This document shows, in pieces, positions 22,619 through 34,493 of a DNA stretch of 64,000 nt. Where the stretch lies: assembly GCF_006345805.1 (NCBI RefSeq), contig NC_043022.1, positions 15,748,001-15,812,000 of the forward strand. Direction: 5' to 3'. Position 1 is the stretch's first letter; each line of letters begins with the position of its first letter. Under the pieces are notes generated by a model. It did no database searches, was not told where the DNA came from, and saw only the letters and a list, made by a program, of their open reading frames with translations. Made by a program: the position numbers and the translations under genes. Origin of the DNA: Octopus sinensis. Its lineage: Eukaryota.

Positions 22619-25234
22619 ATCAGGACTCACGCCATTAGCCACAAAGAACAATCTCCAACTCGAACCTCACTCTAAGCTACTAAGAATTCGTGTGGCAACT
22701 TGAAGATCCACCCACCACATGCGATAGAATGGCGGGTTGCACGGACGCGAAAGCTACGTTGTTATCCTCATTCCGTAAACGGTGGCTTTTTTAACGGGTG
22801 GAGAGCTGAACCATCCTGGGGTACAGAGGATTCGCAATCTAGACTAGGGTCTGAAAGTTTACCACACCATAGTGGGTTACACCATGGTCCCTCTGCTTTG
22901 TGGCAGAAGTAGGAAGAAAGAGTGAGAGAAAGTTGTGGTGAAAGAGTACAGCGGTGTTCACCACCACCCCCTGCCAGAGCCTCGTGGAGCTTAGGAGGTT
23001 TTGCTCAATAAACACCCACAATGCCCGGTCTGAGAATCGAAACCGCGTTCTTACGACTGCGAGTCCGCTGCCCTAACCACTGGGCCATTGCACCCCATTG
23101 TTGTTATTGTAGTTATTCCCGTTGTTGTCAATGTTGCTGCTGCTGTTTGTTTGTGGAGCGAAGCGGTCTTCGTCCCAGAGCTCGCAAGATGGCGAGTGGG
23201 AGAAGTCCGAAACCTGGTCCTTTGCTATTCGTAAGACCCGCAGAAGAGAAAGCAGGTCACCCCCCCCCGACACCGAGAGCATCGACGGATGGATGAATGC
23301 GCATCCAGGCTCAGCGGTTGCGTAGGAAGTCGGGGACAAGAAACAGGAAGAAAGAGTGAGAGAAAGTTGGAGCGAAAGTGTACAACAGGGGTGGCCGCCA
23401 CCCCTGCCGGAGCCTCGTGGAGCTTTTAGGTGTTTTCGCTCAATAAACACACACAACGCCCAGTCTGGGAATCGAAACCGCGATCCTCCGACCGTTGCTG
23501 CTGCTGTGGTTGTTCTTGTTGTTTCTTCCTCTCCTATCAGCTGAGCCTTTCTTTTCTTCCACTTAAATTCCATAGAATTCCACGAACCATATATTCCAGG
23601 AATACACCAGACTCTTACCGTTTCCGCTGCTCCAATTATTGATGTTGTTGTTGCTGTTGTGTTGTCGTTGTTATCGTTTCTATCTCGTATTCCCCCCCCC
23701 CACCATTCCACCTTTTCTTAGAATGCCATTCACGTCATATAAACTGTTTTATTGTGTCAGTGACCTTCAAGTGTCAATGAAGTCGTAGGAGCGCCGTCCT
23801 AAGCAATGCTTAGTGCTTAGGCTATTCGGCTTACGATCGCATAGGTCGTGAGTTCAATTCCTTGAGCAAGACACTTTATTCCCCACGTTGTCCCAGTCCA
23901 CTCAGCTGGCAAAAATGAGCTGTACCTGTAATTCAAACGGACTGCTTGTTACATTCTGTGTCACATTGAGAACTACGTTAAGGGCACACGTGTCTGTGGA
24001 GTACTCAGCCACTTGCCATGTTAATTCCACGAGCAGGCTGTTCCGTTGGTCGGATCAACTGGAACCCTCGTCGTCGTAACCGACGGAGAGCCGTTTAAAG
24101 TGGGATTTGGGATTTCCAAGAGATCGGAAAATGCAGCTCAGACTGCTTTCACGACGATGAGGAGACAATTTAATTAAACAATTTGGCCCAAGTGGGGGGG
24201 GGAAGAGGAACGCAATCAAGGAAAAAAACTGGAAGCGCATCGTGGCCAGCGGCGTATAACAACAAGCGATAGTTTGGTCAATTGAGAGATACTCTTTTAT
24301 TATTTTACTTGTTTCAGTCATTTGACTGCGGCCATGCTGGAGCACCGCCTTTAGTCGAGCAAATCGACCCCGGGACTTATTCTTTGTAAGCCCAGTACTT
24401 ATTCTATCGGACTCTTTTTTGCCGAACCGCTAAGTAACGGGGACGTAAACACACCAGCATCGGTTGTCAAGCAATGCTAGGGGGACAAACACAGACACAC
24501 AAACATATACACACACACTTATATATATATATACATATATACGACAGGCTTCTTTCAGTTTCCGTCTACCAAATCCACTCACAAGGCATTGGTCGGCCCG
24601 GGGCTATAGCAGAAGACACTTGCCCAAGATGCCACGCAGTGGGACTGAACCCGGAACCATGTGGTTGGTAAGCAAGCTACTTACCACACAGCCACTCCTA
24701 TGGTGATTTGAAGGGATTTGGTTTCTATTTCTAGCTGATCGGTTGACCATGGAAATGTCACATACTTCCGTTGTTTGACAAGATGGAGGAGTTGTGATAA
24801 GGGAGTATAGCGGTTTGTTTTTGTTTTTGTTGTTTATGCCTGAGTGGTAGTAAGAGTAGGAAACGAGGTGCGGTGGCGGGCGGGAGTGTATATTTATGGA
24901 TGTACACGTGTGTGTGTATATGTGTTCATGTGTGTGTGTTGCGTGCATGTGTGTATGCATGTGTGTGTCTTTGTGTGTGTATTCATGCGTGCCTCTGTGT
25001 ATGTATCTTTGAGTACGTGAGTGTATATGTCTTTGTGTGCGTGTGTGAGCGTGAATATGGATGTGTGTGTTCATGTGTGTCTGTGTTGGTGTGTATGTGT
25101 GTCAGTGTGTGTGTGTGTGTGTGCCTTTGTACTTGTATGTGCTTATGTGTATGCTTGTGATTGTATATATGCGTATGTATATGTGGGTGTCCAGTCAATT
25201 CGTCGAGATCATAGGTAAAATGGAAGAACTAATA

Positions 25235-25729
25235 TCTTTATATATAAAAGTGAAGTTGTGTGTCTGTCTCCTACGATTTAGATTCCTAACTACTCCCACA
25301 TTTTGCGGTGCAGTTTAACCAAAAGCGGGTATCTTATAGTCGTGATTCATATCGAGCCCTTCTGGGTATTGGCGCGCGTCTACGATGAGTGTACGATTAA
25401 AAAAAAATTTACCATCATTTTTTTCCATTTTAATGCATTTTCCGCTATTATATAAGGGAAGTAACTCTCTAAAAATGTCTATGATGAGTCAACGATTTAA
25501 AAAAAAATTTACCATCATTTTTTTTCCATTTTTAATGCATTTTCCGCTATTATATAAGGGAAGTAACTCTCTAAAAATGTCTATTGTTGAGTCAACGATT
25601 TAAAAAAAATTTACCATAATTTTTTTCCATTTTAATGCATTTTTTGCTATTTTTTGGCTATAACTCTCTAAAAATGCTTATATAGTTATTTCCCTTACAA
25701 AACCGAGCAACGCCGGGCAATACTGCTAG
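25235..25729 (+). mobile_element. Non-autonomous Helitron with internal ~100-bp tandem triplication
   Basis: A|TCTTTATATATAAA...ccgagcaacgccgggcaatactgCTAG|T. Confidence 0.75.
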
Positions 25730-27519
25730 TCTGAGTTTTAAAAAAACCCCTTTATTTTAAGGTTTGCTGTATTACATATTTATTTTCCCCTTCAAATTTA
25801 AGATTGTGTGCACTTTGGCTTGGATCATATTTTTCCATGACATTTTTTATATGCAGGGCTATATCTCTGTGTTTTTTCCTTTTGGCTTGGTTCTTCTCCT
25901 TCCATAAACTTCTGCAATTTGGTCCTGGCAAACCTTTCCTCACGTTTAATCACATCAATAAGTTCCCAAATATTTGGATGACTAATATTCTCTGTGCTTT
26001 CCAGCGAGCTGTGGTAGGCTTCTAAACTATTTGTAGCATGGACAACCCCTGTCATACATCGATCCCAAAACATTCCATACGGGTAATGCAAATGGAGGTT
26101 CAAGGTATTGCCTCTTCTGTCCTCTTCCTCTTGGTGGTTCTCTTTTACTTGTTTCAGTCATTTGACTGCAGCCATGCTGGAGCACCGCCTTTAGTCGAGC
26201 AACTCGACCCCGAGACTTATTCTTTTGTAAGCCCAGTACTTATTCTATCGGTCTCTTTTGCCGAACCGCTAAGTGACGGGGACGTAAACACACCAGCATC
26301 GGTTGTCAAGCAATGCTAGGGGGACAAACACAGACACACAAACACACACATACACATACACACACACACATATATATATACATATATACGACGGGCTTCT
26401 TTCAGTTTCCGTCTACCAAATCCACTCACAAGGCATTGGTCGGCCCGGGGCTATAGTAGGGGACACTTGCCCAAGATGCCACGCAGTGGGACTGAACCCG
26501 GAACCATGTGGTTGGTAAGCAAGCTACTTACCACACAGCCACTCCTGCACCTGTTTATAATTTTCACCTGTTTGAAGTCTCGCCTTGCACACACGATTTT
26601 CGCACCTACAGTATATCTTCAATCCATCTACATTCTGCTTATTTTTTGTGCGTATGTAATTTATTTTTTGTGTATATGTAATTTTCTTGGGGCTGCTAGG
26701 CTACACGTGTTGGTTCTCTATCATTTCTCTATCAGGCGCAGGAGTGGCTGTGTGGTAAGTAGCTTGCTTACAACCACATGGTTCCGGGTTCAGTCCCACT
26801 GCGTGGCATCTTGGGCAAATGTCTTCTACTATAGCCTCAGGCCGACCAAGCCTTGTGAGTGGATTTGGTAAACGGGAAACTGAAAGAAGCCCGTCGTATA
26901 TATGTTATATATTATGTATTATATAATATATATATATGTATGTGTGTTTGTGTGTCTGTGTTTGTCCCCCTAGCATTGCTTGACAACCGATGCTGGTGTA
27001 TTTATGTCTCCGTTACTTAGCGGTTCGGCAAAAGAGACCGATAGAATAAGTACTCGGCTTACAAAAGAATAAGTCCCGGGGTCGATTTGCTCGATTAAAG
27101 GTGGTGCTCCAGCATGGCCGCAGTCAAATGACTGAAACAAGTAAAAGAGTAAAAAAAAATCCACAACCTTGCGATTCGGCAAATGAGACCGACAGAATAA
27201 GTGCAAGGTTTTTAAAAAAAAAAGATGAAATAAAAGTACCGTGTTGTCAATTGATTCGATTACAATTTTCATGTCGGTGAGTTGCCCCAGCGTGGCCGCT
27301 CTCCAGTAATTGAAACAGATTAAAGAATAGAAAAGAAAAATATATAAAGAACTGAAACCATGAAAGATGTCTGAGAAACCATCCAGTTGTTCGAATTCTT
27401 TACTTTTTTTCCTTTTATCAATTCTTCATAAAAAACAATAAAATTATTCTTTATCTCATTCCGATAAAAATTACTCGACGTTTTGTTGTTCTGTTTCGTT
27501 TTCAAGCATCTCTACCCCC

Positions 27520-27550
<31 letters not shown>

Positions 27551-28540
27551 CTCCCCTTTTCCCCCATCTCGTTCACACTCTCTCAGTCCCTTTCTCTCTC
27601 TGTGTCTTCGCACTTTTGCTCTCTTAGTCCCTCTTTCTGTTTGTCTGTCAGTTTCCTCCCCCTCTCTCTCTCTCTCTCTCTCTACTCTATCTATCGATCG
27701 ATCGATCTGTCTCTCCCCTCTCTCTCTCACTCACTCAGATCCTTTTTCTCTTTGTCTCTCACTCTTATATTCTCTCTCTCTCTCTCTCTCTCTCCCTATC
27801 TCCCTCTCTGTCTCTTTCTTCCTCTCTTTCTCTCACTCGTTGTTCTTTATTTCACACGCAAGCGCAACACCAACCCAACCCATATTTCCTGCTTCAGTTT
27901 AGAATATGGCATAATATATTCTGATCGACGAATGTTTCGTTTGTGGTGCTCAAGAGATTTAAACTTGAGCGGATAAAGAAATAAACATGGGTATAAACAA
28001 GTTAGACAGATCAATATATAAAGTTTTACTCAATTAAAACATGAAACACAAAAAATGTATATATGTTTACATACAAAAAGGCTCGACTTACACAGAATAT
28101 AAATGATATAGAGGATTCGAGGGGGTTGAAGAAAAGTTTCTGGAGGCTCGGCGATACAAAATAATGTTTGTAGATTGATTCCATCATAGGATGAGACGAG
28201 CCTCTGTCTTCAGGGAAGAGATCTTACATTTGAGGTGATAAAGGAAAGAATTTCAAAGATGGAATGAGCTTAAAAGCGGTGTATTATCCTGGCGGTTACC
28301 GTGTTTCCTCTTAAATCGGTTTCGTATTCCAGCTAAGCACAACGGTCCTCTTGTGATACCCGAGCTAACAAGATGTGGTTAGGCTCTGGTAACTATTCTC
28401 GCTTGGTAAATTCGAATGTCCTACTCAGGATTGCATAATTTCCGTAGAGTAAGAAATAGGATTCATAATGATGAGGAGAACAGAGACTTTGCACATCCAT
28501 TATTTTATTCAAACAGTTCTTTACGGCATTTTTTCTGGAC

Positions 28541-28646
28541 CTACGCGCGTTTCAAGTGCATTGACTTTACACTGTTAGATATGCAACCTAGTGTCATAAT
28601 CGGTGCAGTTTCGTCAGGTGCTGTTTCATCAGGGTCCGAAGTGAAA
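28541..28646 (-). CDS. Rab-like gene putative exon 4 (FTSDPDETAPDETAPIMTLGCISNSVKSMHLKRA*)
   Basis: gtttttcag| acceptor phase-compatible with the AA|gtaaat donor at 29659; TAG at 28543-28541; AATAAA about 30 nt downstream (28509-28504); adjacent to the assembly gap. Confidence 0.5.
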
Positions 28647-31600
28647 CTGAAAAACTCAACCCAAANNNNNNNNNNNNNNNNNNNNNNNNNNNNNNNNNNN
28701 NNNNNNNNNNNNNNNNNNNNNNNNNNNNNNNNNNNNNNNNNNNNNNNNNNNNNNNNNNNNNNNNNTATCTAAATCAATCATCAACTATCAGATAATACGA
28801 CATCATATACTTATTAAAAACCTACACAATAGCAATGAGATTAGACATTAATACAGTACACAATCAATATGGTGAGATATAACTAAATAAATATAACAAG
28901 ATATAAAAATACATATACATTATAACTGACAGCTGTTTCGGCCATGAAGATAGGTATTCCGAAAAAGAAGGTAAGAAAGGTAAACAAAAATGAAAGAAAA
29001 CAAAGACAACAGACTTATTTATTTATTCATTTATTTATTTCTTATAAAAAGGTTTCTTATTGAAACCAGGAAGATTTGGATCATTGAAGAAACTGTTAAA
29101 TATGAAACTATGATAATTATGGTAAGTTGGTCACGTGACTGTGCCATTCTCTGAAGAACATAAGGAATGTGACTGACGGGGAATATGAAGACGCAATTGG
29201 AAAATGAAGCAAAGCCCTATACGGTTCTAATACACACACACACACACATACACGCACGCACACACATATTGTTTTTGTTTTTAGTTTTATTTTTGTTTTT
29301 GTTTTTTGTATTTATATTTGTGTGGCTTCGTCCGTTTTTTCTGTCCTTGTTTCGTTTACATTCGATCCTTTTTCCAAGAAATCTAATGCTCGCAGCTTAG
29401 TTTTTCCTTGGGGCTGGGCCGTTTCGGAGCAAATATCAGGATTAATCAGCCGAAATTTGCTGTGATGATCCGGTTTCTGACTGAAGATTAAAGGCTTCGA
29501 ATGACGCGTCCGTTTTTTGTGTTCGTTTCTTTGTGTATTTTACGTTCATGTTCCTTTTTTTATATATAATTTTTATACCTATATATATATATAACACTGA
29601 CAAACACACGGAAAGACCCATCCACACACCAAAATTTTGAAATCCTACATCCATTTACTTATCCATTTCCGGTCGGCACTTCCGGCTGTCGCTTAGAATC
29701 ATATCGATCATTCGATAAAAGAGAGAAGATATCGATTCCATTGTGTCTAAATCAACTTCCTGATAAATCAGACCAAGACTCGCTGCAAGGTCGGTCGCCT
29801 GTTTTTCGCTGATGAGTCGCTGTTTCGAACCGTCGTTCAGTCCCACGAGAATAATTCGTGATACAGGGGAAGCTTTTTGGAAGATTTTGGAACACCTGTT
29901 GAATACATGAAAACAATTGTAACATATTGGATTGGAAGCACTCCGTCGGATACGACGATGAGGGTACCGGTTGATCCGAATCAACGGAACAGCCTGCTCG
30001 TGAAATTAACGTGTAAGTGGCTGAGCACTCCACAGACACATGTACCCTTAACGTAGTTCTCGGGGATATTCAGCGTGACACAGAGAGTGACAAGGCCGGC
30101 CCCTTTGAAATACAGGTACAACAGAAACAGGAAGTAAGAGTGAGAGAAAGTTGTGGTGAAAGAGTACAGCAGGGATCACCACCACCCCCTGCCGGAGCCT
30201 CGTGGAGCTTTAGGTGTTTTCGCTCAATAAACACTCACAACGCCCGGTCTGGGAATCGAAACCGCGATCCTATGACCGCGAGTCCGCTGCCCTAACCACT
30301 GGGCCATTGCGCCTCCTGTAACATATATTGGCCAGACCGGTCCATGAAACTAATAATGAAATATTTTAATTGATAAATAAATTATATTATGTGGCCTTCG
30401 GGCCTTTTTCGACAACATTAGCAACAAAATAAATTATCATTTTCACAGTGAACCGTGAGAGTACGGACGATATCTTTATATATAAATGTGAAGTTGTGTG
30501 TCTGTCTCCTACGATTTAGATTCCTAACTACTCCCACATTTTGCGGTGCAGCGTAACCAAAAGCGGGTATCTTATAGTCGTGATTCATATCGAGCTCTTC
30601 TGGGTATTAACGCGCGTCTACGATGAGTCTACGATTTAAAAAAAAAATTACCATAATTTTTTCCCATTTTAATGCTTTTTTTTTTGCTATTATATAAGGG
30701 AAGTAACTCTCTAAAAATGTATTATTAAATCTCAGAACGTAAAAAGCTACAGTAACCCCCCCGCCTTTGTGGTTAACCATATTGAGATGGCTATTATACT
30801 TTACATCTCTAAAAATGCTTATATAGTTATTTCCCTTACAAACCCGAGCAACGCCGGGCGATACTGCTAGTTGTTAATAAGTACAGAAGATTCGGACGCG
30901 AAAATGCTAGTGGCCCCTTTTGACGTTGTTGATAAAGAAAGGGCTGGCTTACCATTTAGGGACATTGACGAAGGTTTCTTTGTTTGTCACATCGAATACA
31001 ATCAAATAACCGTGAACGATTGAACGGTGCGAAATTTCCCATTGGGCGTCGGCTACAATAAACAACAACAACAACAATAATAACAACAACAACTATAGCA
31101 ACAAAAACAACGATGACGATAATAATAATCCTTTCTACTAAAGGCATAAGGCCTGAAATTTGGTGGGAAGAAACTAATCGATTTCATCGACCCCAGTGTT
31201 TCACTGGTACCTAATTTATCGACCCCGAAAGAGTAAAATGCAAAGTCGACCTCTGCGGAATTTGAACTCACAGCGTGGAGACGACGAAATACCTGTTTCT
31301 TTACTACCCACAAGGGGCTAAACACAGAGGGGACAAACAAGGACAGACAAACGGATTAAGTCGATTACATCGATCCCAGTGCGTAACTGGTACTTAATTT
31401 ATCGACCTCGAAAGGATGAAAGGCAAAGTCGACCTCGGCGGAATTTGAACTCACAACGTGGAGACGACGAAATACCTGTTTCTTTACTACCCACAAGGGG
31501 CTAAACACAGAGAGGACAAACAAGGACAGACAAACGGATTAAGTTGATTACATCGACCCCAGTGCGTAACTGGTACTTAATTTATCGACCTCGAAAGGAT

Positions 31601-32956
31601 GAAAGGCAAAGTCGACCTCGGCGGAATTTGAACTCAGAACGTAGCGGCAGACGAAATACCCATTTCTTTACTACCTACAAGGGGCTAAACACAGAGAGGA
31701 CAGACAAACGGATTAAGTCAATTACATCGATCCCAGTGCATAACTGGTACTTAATTTATCGACCTCGAAAGGATGAAAGGCAAAATCGACCTCGGCGGAA
31801 TTTGAACTCAGAACGTAGCGGCAGACGAAATACCCATTTCTTTACTACCTACAAGGTGCTAAACACAGAGAGGACAAACAAGGACGGACAAATGGATTAA
31901 GTCGATTACATCGACCCCAGTACGTAACTGGTACTTAATTTATCGACCTCGAAAGGATGAAAGGCAAAGTCGACCTCGGCGGAATTTGAACTCATAACGT
32001 AACGGCAGACGAAATACGGCTACGCATTTCGCCCGGCGTGCTAACGTTTCTGCCAGCTCCTCGCCGCCTTAATAATGATGATGATGATGATTTCATTTAT
32101 CTATATATATAAAACTGAAGTTATCTGTGTGTGACAGGTTTGGCAGCCTTCAACTGACACTATCTCCTCCAAGACCCTGCGGCGCAAGTTGACCAAAATT
32201 GAGAGTATGATAGAAGAAAGTTTGCTCTTCCTTCCGTAGAAGGAAAAATTCAAATCGGACCATGTTAACACCAAATATTATTTACATCAAAAAGGTGCTT
32301 TTTTTCTATGAAAATCCCTATTTTTTACGATTTTTTTAAGGCTGCCATCTTTCGGTGTATTTTAACCAGAAAAATGTTCACTTAAAGACAATAACAAGCT
32401 ACATAAGGCAAAATTTTTACTTTTCAAAAATTCCAATTCTGAAGGGTCGAAACAAACTCGAGCAACGCCGGGCGATACTGCTAGTTTACCATAAGGGCGA
32501 AGGATGAGGGGGCCAATACAGAGACAGACAGAAAGTGTTGGGATTTACATGTAATAAAGAAATGATAAAATAATTATAAAAAAGAAGTAGATACAATGCA
32601 AAAGAATGGACATGTACATGATATAGAAAGGTTAAAAAAAGTGTGTGTGTGTGGGGGGGGGGAAGATGATAGAGATGTGGCCCTTCAGATACAGAATAAC
32701 CTTTAGGGATAATCGAGGAACCCTACTGTCCGAGATTTCTCTGAAACCCCAGGAGCAAGTGCCCTCTCCAATTCCTTCTCTCCGACTCAAAGGTCTACAC
32801 TCCAAGAGGTACCATCCACTCTTGCCATTTTCGCAACTTTCACCCACCTTTCGATAAACTCACTCGAGGACAACGCACTTCCCTCTCCACTCTCAATTTC
32901 CTTATAATGATGTTGATGATGATGACGACGATGATCGATGACAATGATGATGATGG

Positions 32957-32994
<38 letters not shown>

Positions 32995-33139
32995 TGGCTG
33001 TGTGGTAAATAGCTTGCTAACCAACCACATGGTTCCGGGTTCAGTCCCACTGCGTGGCATCTTGGGCAAGTGTCTTGCTGTAGCCCCGGGCCCGACCAAT
33101 GCCTGTGAGTGGATTTGGTAGACGGAAACTGAAAGAACC

Positions 33140-33177
<38 letters not shown>

Positions 33178-33799
33178 GTTGTGTGTGTGTGTGTTTGTGT
33201 TTGTGTGTGTCTGTGTTTGTCCCCCTAGCATTGCTTGACAACCGATGCTGGTGTGTTTACGTCCCCGTTATTTAGCGGTTCGGCAAAGGAGACCGATAGA
33301 ATAAGTACTGGGCTTACAACGAATAAGTCCTGAGGTCGATTTGCTCGACTAAAGGCGGTGCTCCAGCATGGCCGCAGTCAAATGACTGAAACAAGTAAAA
33401 GAGTAAAGAGTATGATGATGATGATGATGATAAGGGATTAGTTTTATTAAACCACTTACTGCTGGTGTCCTTCAGATGGAGAAGAATTCTTTGCCATCTT
33501 TTTGTATCTTCATCTGTTCTTCTCTGCAACATATTATGGCTGAGTTCACCTCGGTGGTTCAAAACGCAGTTTTTCTTCACGAATTTATCTATCAATGAAG
33601 CTTTCCCCGTCTCAGCTTCTCCGGTAACCACCAAGTTAACTTGATGGATCGATTCATCGATTCTTCCTCTGCTTCCGTCGTCTCTATCTTCAGTGAAATC
33701 GCTTGCATCACCATAAATCTTCTTATTGTTCTTGTTGTTATTATACAGTAACGTGTAACGAGCCATGGAAACTTGGTGGAAATAACCGGTGGCGCACAT
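28541..33799 (-). CDS. Divergent Rab/Ras-fold small GTPase (candidate pseudoGTPase); exons 33799-33460, 31052-30953, 29895-29659 (or to stop 29655), 28646-28541
   Basis: Splicing A|gtaagt..tag|CC, TG|gtaagc..cag|G and AA|gtaaat..cag|T gives 260 aa (226 aa without exon 4): ...VNLVVTGEAETGKASLIDKF...ILLHLKDTSTDAQWEISHRSIVHGYLIVFDVTNKETFVNVPKWCSKIFQKASPVSRIILVGLNDGSKQRLISEKQATDLAASLGLIYQEVDLDTMESISSLFYRMIDMI... This is colinear with the Rab core (b1-P-loop, WDTAG, GxxxVYDVT..SF..V..W, LVGNKxD, ETSAK). Confidence 0.85.
28666..28765. other. Assembly gap (100 N)
   Basis: Run of exactly 100 n. Confidence 1.
29655..29895 (-). CDS. Rab-like gene exon 3 (CSKIFQKASPVSRIILVGLND...RPEMDK)
   Basis: ttttcatgtattcaacag| acceptor, phase 2. 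The N-terminus of track ORF 29655..29984 is SINE-derived and spurious. Confidence 0.85.
29935..30316 (-). mobile_element. SINE family A copy
   Basis: Reverse complement of 3961-4350; its 3' end is about 40 nt from the exon 3 acceptor of the Rab-like gene. Confidence 0.85.
30473..30870 (+). mobile_element. Non-autonomous Helitron (same family as 25235-25729)
   Basis: A|TC...cccgagcaacgccgggcgatactgCTAG|T; lies in intron 2 of the Rab-like gene. Confidence 0.75.
30953..31052 (-). CDS. Rab-like gene exon 2 (TDAQWEISHRSIVHGYLIVFDVTNKETFVNVPKW)
   Basis: ttgtttattgtag| acceptor and TG|gtaagc donor; 100 nt; phase 1-2; not visible in the ORF track. Confidence 0.85.
31130..32072 (-). repeat. Second head-to-tail SINE-C array (periods 183, 184, 174, 184)
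   Basis: Landmarks at about 31292, 31475, 31659, 31833 and 32017; lies in intron 1 of the Rab-like gene. Confidence 0.9.
32100..32484 (+). mobile_element. Non-autonomous Helitron (different internal sequence, same 3' end)
   Basis: A|TCTATATATATAAAA...cgagcaacgccgggcgatactgCTAG|T. Confidence 0.7.
33460..33799 (-). CDS. Rab-like gene exon 1 (P-loop GEAETGKA to DTS)
   Basis: Within ORF 33314..33850; donor GTAAGT at 33459-33454. The start is uncertain (ATG at 33799 or 33766, or an internal exon). Confidence 0.8.
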
Positions 33800-33967
33800 T
33801 TTGTCAGATATATTTTTTATTAGTGACCGGAGAAAATAAAACGAAAACAAATGGGAAAGAGAATTCTTCTATTTTGGAGGTGCAAAAGGCTGAATGGTGT
33901 TAATGGCGATGTTGTGGATGTGACATCAAAGTGTTTCAAGAATGCGTTCTATTTTGAAAAAGGAGGG

Positions 33968-34493
33968 TTTTTAAATTTTTTCTATTGATCCTTTAAAATT
34001 TTTCTATTGATCCTTTAAAATTTTTCTATTGATCCTTTAAAATTTTTCTATTATCCTTTAAAATTTTTCTATTGATCCTTTAAAATTTTTCTATTGATCC
34101 TTTAAAATTTTTCTATTGATCTTTTAAAATTTTTCTATTGATCCTTTAAAATTTTTCTATTGATCCTTTAAAATTTTTCTATTATCCTTTAAAATTTTTC
34201 TATTGATCCTTTAAAATTTTTCTATTGATCCTTTAAAATTTTTCTATTGATCTTTTAAAATTTTTCTATTATCCTTTAAAATTTTTCTATTGATCCTTTA
34301 AAATTTTTCTATTGATCCTTTAAAATTTTTCTATTGATCCTTTAAAATTTTTCTATTGATCTTTTAAAATTTTTCTATTATCCTTTAAAATTTTTCTATT
34401 GATCCTTTAAAATTTTTCTATTGATCCTTTAAAATTTTTCTATTGATCCTTTAAAATTTTTCTATTGATCTTTTAAAATTTTTCTATTGATCC
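33968..34493. repeat. 22-bp minisatellite (tttaaaatttttctattgatcc), about 24 copies
   Basis: Directly visible tandem units, with 21-bp and C>T variants. Confidence 0.95.

Noticed and set aside
22295-22651. Poly-K/E/R ORFs
   Set aside because: (TTC)n microsatellite.
23073-23711. 212-aa minus-strand ORF
   Set aside because: Reads through a SINE-A fragment and (AAC)n repeats; a mosaic with no recognisable domain.
24464-24706. Recurrent ORFs such as [14 protein letters not shown]..., [11 protein letters not shown]... and [19 protein letters not shown]...
   Set aside because: They recur at every SINE copy; non-coding SINE sequence.
28416-28772. Plus-strand 118-aa ORF running into the N gap
   Set aside because: Inflated by Ns and antisense to the putative last exon/3' UTR of the Rab-like gene.
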